This document shows positions 39,401 through 45,400 of a stretch of DNA of 64,000 nt, in pieces. Position 1 is the stretch's first letter; every line of letters starts with the position of its first letter. The translations under genes and the position numbers were made by a program. Source of the stretch: Candidatus Omnitrophota bacterium (GTDB taxonomy: Bacteria > Omnitrophota > Gorgyraeia > Zapsychrales > Zapsychraceae); contig JAIORP010000120.1 in assembly GCA_021108075.1 (NCBI GenBank), positions 21,557-85,556 of the forward strand, read 5' to 3'. The notes under the pieces are model-generated. The model searched no databases. It was not told the DNA's origin and saw only the letters and a list, made by a program, of their open reading frames with translations.

Positions 39401-42400
39401 ATATTGATGCTTGCTATAGATTTGAATCTCGACTTAACACAGCCCGCGCTTTTTACTCGTTTGAAACGGATTTATGAGAAGATGCCGGAAGCCATCGATA
39501 CGTTAGTAACCTCTAAGAAATCATCAGTGCCAGAACACAAAGAACAGTTGAAAATATTAGTGAGCCGAGATGCAACCGATTTTGACATTGAAGAGCGGCT
39601 CAACATTGTCGATCAGATCGCAAACCCTTCTATTGCTTTTGAGGTCACGCTGTCTGAACTCAACAATGATCAAATTGATAACATCATCCGTTATGCACGT
39701 TTAAACCGTTCTGTCAAGCAGGATAAGGTTGAGGTGAACATGGCGGACTTCTTCAATGGACCTGACGGTAAGATTGAGGAACGTATAAAAGAAAGGATTT
39801 CCCGGGAGGCGTATAACCTCAGTAATGCTGATCAGCTCAAAAATAATTTAAGAAACGTTGAGGACGTTATCGACGAACTAGAAGGATTAAAGCAATTGAT
39901 TCAAAAAACGCTGGATCAGTTTCCTCAGCATGAAATTAAAAACTTCACGATTACGAACCGCACAAGCAATGATATCTGCATCAGAATTAATGATGAAAAG
40001 ATTTTAAATGAATTAAGGATCGGGACCCTGATCACGTGTGATGACCATCAGGGCCGATGGACGTTAGCCATTCGGGATATTAACGATGGCCATATCCGGT
40101 GTGCTTCTACTAAAAGTTTACGATTATTAGTCCCTCGAACCGTCAGGATGACGTTTAAAGCTCAGACCTCGGCAGAGGATCAGAATATCAAGGTTTTAAT
40201 CAAGTTATTAAGGCAGTTGAGAAAGCAAGGTTATACGGGCGTCGAGGCTGTTGATTGGGCCTTACGTTTACGCATCCCGCCAAGATCGATCCAAAGTCTG
40301 CAGGAGTTAAAAGCGGCAAAGGGGCTAACAACAAAAATGGCCGGCTTAGATGAATTTCAACGCGCCGCTGTTTATTTAATGGCAAAAACGCGGTTTGGGT
40401 TTGTCCATGGTCCGGCTGCGAGCGGAAAAACACGGGTGATCAGGGCCGGGGTCGCGACACTCATCCATCAATTTAAGCGTTTCATTTTCACGGCAGCTTA
40501 TCAAAATGTCAATGTCGATGACTTAACAACAAAGATCGGACAGGATAAAAGTATCCCGGTTGTGCGTCTTGGACATCCCACGAGTATCGCCCCGGATGTT
40601 TATGATGCGTATGCCTATAAAAATAAAGAGGCCTGGAACCGGTTTAAAAATAAATATGATGATCTTAATACGTTCCAAGACGAATGTGGCGCGACGTTAA
40701 CGATGACCTTAATGGGTGGGGCTTATGATGAATCATTGCAGAAATTTTTAATATATCGGGCGAAAAATCCAAATGACGCGCGTTTCAAGAAGTTAACGCT
40801 TATCATCGATGAAGCCGCCATTATTAGTTATGTTGATATGCTTGTCGCCTTGTATTTGATCAATCCTTATGCGGTTATTTTTGTCGGTGATTATGTTCAA
40901 ACCCGTCCATTACCCTTTGATGCTGAATATCAAGATGTTATCCCGCAAAAGCATATCGCTCAAATCATTGAACAACAGGCAAAGGACGTTCGCCGCTATG
41001 AAAAGAGCCTGTTCGAAGATTTAGCGGATGAGCCGTATGACCGTGTCCGTTTGTTACGCAATTATCGTAACCATTGGGCGCATGTTGATTTGATGCAGCC
41101 GTTTTATTCCTTCCCATTGCTCAGCGCCAGCCGGGAAAGAGGGGACCCATTAGAAGAAGACACCGTTGTTATTCTCGATACCGCTCAACCGGGCGTCCTG
41201 GACGAATGGCTTGATCAAAAAGGATTAACATGTTTAGATTTTACGACCAGTCGAACGGCAATTCATCAAGGTCATCAAAGTTATGCCCTTGCAGGAGAGG
41301 CCCGTTGGTCGGTCGGAAAAATCATGCGGTATGTTTTGGCACGTCAAAACCAGGAATCCGCTTTTGACGCAAAGGATTATTTATTCATCAGCCCATATTG
41401 CGGCCAGGTTAAAGAGATCAGCCGGCAAATAAGGACGATGAGTCGTCTGCACGGGTTAGCCTTGTGGCAGCAGCAAGCTTTATTACAGCGCGTGTTAACA
41501 GCACGTTTAGCACAAGGGTTAGAAGCCCTGGATGTTGTGATTTCTTTTGGACGGGCAACAGCTCCGAATAAAAGAAATGTCCGGGCGGGAGCAAATGGTT
41601 TTGCCCGTATGAATTTGCCTTTGGTCGCTGATCCTCATGCTTTACTTGTGATGCTCTCACGCGCCCGAAAACGTCTTTTTGTGATCGGTCATCGTCCGAC
41701 GCTGGAGTTTCTCAGCCGGAAGGGATCTGATCCGCAGATGTATAGCAGGCTCTTTAACTACAAACCGATGCCTCGCCGGCAACATCAAGATGATGGCTGG
41801 TTCTGTGCTATGTCAACACCTGTTTTCCAACCGGCTGTGACTGAACCGATCAACGATGAGGCAGCCCAATTAATATCAAAGGGCATTTTCTTGGAATTGA
41901 AACGTAAAATTTCAGAAGGCATGTTCAATCAAGAAGAGAATATCCGCTGTCAATCGAAGGCCTATTCGCATGACCGCATTTCATATTATCGTCTCGAAGA
42001 AACAGACGGGAAGCTGCGTCATGTCATGGATACGGTTTATATGCGCGTCGGACATTTATTTGTCATGAATGCAGATATTTGGAAGGTGCTAACACCAATC
42101 ATGCAAGACGCGATTCGAACAAATGTGATTATTGTTCCAAGTATTAACGCCTTATCCTTATCCCGCAATAATTATTTTTATTACACTATTTCTACGATCG
42201 TTGCCATGATGCAGACGGATTTAAGAGGAAAAAGAGTGATTGATGCCGGCGCAGCAGAAGGCTTACTTGGGCTGGTGGCTTTGAAATTAGGCGCCCACTC
42301 GGTTGATTTGATCGAATATGACCGGCGCTTATTAGAAGGAGCTCAAGGTATTTTATCACTGAACGGTTACCAACCCGATATTCATTACCGTATCCATTGG

Positions 42401-45400
42401 ACCAGTCTCGTCCATACGTATTTTTTATCATTGCGTTTGAATCAGACTGATTTGCCGAGCGTACTCATTTCCAATATCGGCCCGTGGGCTTGGACAGGGG
42501 ATGTATCCAATAAGGATTCCATTGATTTATTGGCGGCGTTGAAGAATGTTCAAACATTTATTGCCAGCGGCTATGACTGGGATCATACCACGATGATTGG
42601 AGCAGACCATGAATACATCCGTCCACTCGGTTTCAAAGAATTAGACTTTGTTCAATGTCAGCTCGGGCACAAGGAATTGCTGACCTGGATGGTTAGCAAG
42701 ACAGAACCGAGCTCTGTTAAGAACGAAGAATATTTCAAATATATTAAAGATTGCGACTTGGACAATCTTCTGACGGCCAGCAATGTCTACCGGTATTTAG
42801 AGGAAGAGATTGATCCATCATTGGCCGTAGTCCTCCGTTTTGCTGCAGACAAGATAACCGGCGCTGAGTTGATGACGCAGATCGTCTTTATCCCGTCCGA
42901 TGGTTTATTCAAGGAAAGAGTGCTGTTGCGCAGCGCGTTTCTCCAAAAGCATTTGCCACTTGCGGTCCAAGGACAATTGTTCATTGAACCAACGGTCAAT
43001 TATCATATGTTGGCACATGCAAACCATTCCAAAGCGCTGTCCTTAGCTGACGCTGATCCAAATATTTTGATAGGTCCTCGTCAGGAAGAAGATTTAATCA
43101 GTGATTATCCTGAAGAGAGTTTAGCTCCGTATTGGACGTGGCTCGCTCCTGTCGCGCGCGCCTCGGTTGAATCGAAATTCCATCACGCCTTACGACCGAT
43201 TATCCCACTGATGTTAAGTGTATTGCAATACGTGAAAGTCCCTGGAGCGAAGCGATTAGCAAAGATCGGGATGGAAACATATCGTGTGAACAAAGAATTT
43301 TTCAGGGAGCATCCTTATTTACGTGGTCCACCTTGGATCCGGGCCTTATTTCAGCCTGTTGCCAGAGGGTTTGACCACGATAATGCCATCTGTTGGCAAT
43401 TGCCGTATCCGTACATTAAGAAAATCAAACATTCTTCACGGTTTTTCATTGAGGTTCATGAACGTCAAATATTCGACATTGAAGTCCCCAAACAATTCAG
43501 ACGCCGTGTCTTGTCACAGATCGCGGCTGCCGTCCTGCGTTTTATCGGCGAGATTAAAGCCTGGGTTTATTACTTCAGGAATTACAAATCCTTGCTCAAA
43601 CAATATGTTCATAAAGAAGAAAAGAGATCAACAGTTGTTGACCGGTTTATTTTAGACTTTAAACCATTGACAGACATGACGCCACAAGAACAATTGTTGT
43701 ATGCCCGGGCGAATACGGAAGCACGTGTTAAGCGCAAGGAAACATGGATGCGGGAAAACGCCCAGGAGGTTCAGCGCCGAGACGGTGAGACTCTTATGGC
43801 CTGGGTCAAACGTGTGTTGTATGACTTGAACTGTGAAGTGAGTGAAGCGGACTTGGACATTGTTGAAATATCAGACCAGAAACTTGTGACGTCAAACTGT
43901 AACAACTGTCCGATCCTTGACGCTTGTGAGAATCTGGGACTTGATACACACTTCGTCTGTAAAGAAATTATGCATAAACCATTTGCCCGTTTGGTGGAAC
44001 TCATGGACCCGCGCCTGACATTTGACCGGGATTATGTCTATGGGTTACGACCGCAAGCTTTGAGCTGTATTGAGATTATAACGATTGATGAAAGCAAAAA
44101 AGACAACAATCACAACGGCCGTCCTAATAATGGTCAACATACCCGGGTGATTAACCGCAAAGACATTCTTCCTTTACTTTTTGGGAATTGTTTATTGAAG
44201 GGGCTTTTGGACTTGGAAGCCTATGTCCAACTGGATAATATTTATAAACATATTTTTACTTATGATGGTCCTGAAAAAATCATAAAGATCATTACGGATG
44301 ATCACGGGCAAGAACGGCTTTTGGTCAAGAAGGATTATATCCAGAGATTCATCCCCGAGGACATAAGAGATAAGCTGATGATCAAACCAACCGCTTATGG
44401 ATATCATGTCCGAGTCGTTGATGATGTTCCTGCCTACGAGCAGGAAGACTATCAAGCGTTCAGGTTGATGCCCGATGGAATATTTCTGGGGATAGATGAT
44501 GCATCAGAAAACACGAATGAGTCAGAGGCGCCTGCGGCACCGCTGAATGTTGTTGGTCCAGAGGGTCCTCCGGACGATGAAGACGATGACCGGATTCCTT
44601 GGTGGTGGTTTTTGTTAGCTTTCATCATGTGGGGGCTATTACTTCGCAAGCATATTTTTCAGGAACAAGACTTTACAAATCCAGATCCATTATTGAAAAG
44701 AGTTGAAACCGTATATTATCGCGCACCGCTGTTAGAGCCGAGGCCAAGGAATCCAAGATTAAGGTTTATCGACGGCATATTCAAGAAGTACGCACCTGTT
44801 GTTGATCCGACCCCTGCAAAATGGCCATTCCCGGCAGATAAAGAAAGGTTTCCGGAGACCGTAATTCCGGGGCATATCCTTTCGGACGTGCGTATCCGCA
44901 AGATGCCCCCCAGGATCCTCGTCCAGCCGTATACGGTCTTTCCAATGCTGTATATTCAGCGGGAGGTCGATCAAATGGGTCTGCCGCAGTTTGGGCCAAT
45001 GCCCCCGAATACTTTTATTGATGTCCGTCCTTATAATTTTGATTTCTTTTTCTTATTCGTGAAACTCATGGCGATCGGGTATGGCAGTTATTCTGTTGTC
45101 ATATTAGGGTCCATCATGATGATTTTTTTGCCAAGAAGTTGGATGGACTTATCACCGGTTTTTCTTGTTATTGAGTTTGCGACAGCTTGGCGGAGGAAGA
45201 TACAAAATGTGATCAGACCGCTTACGTCTGCACGCTATCAAAGACCGGATTATCGGTCATTGTGGAACCATGTTTTTGGAAATATGTATTTAATGACTAA
45301 AAAATTTCTTATGTCGAGATCCCTGACCGAAGATATGAAGAATCAGCGGTTGATCAAAACAACCTCTGACGGAGGTCGGGATGTGTCTGACAATGTTCCT

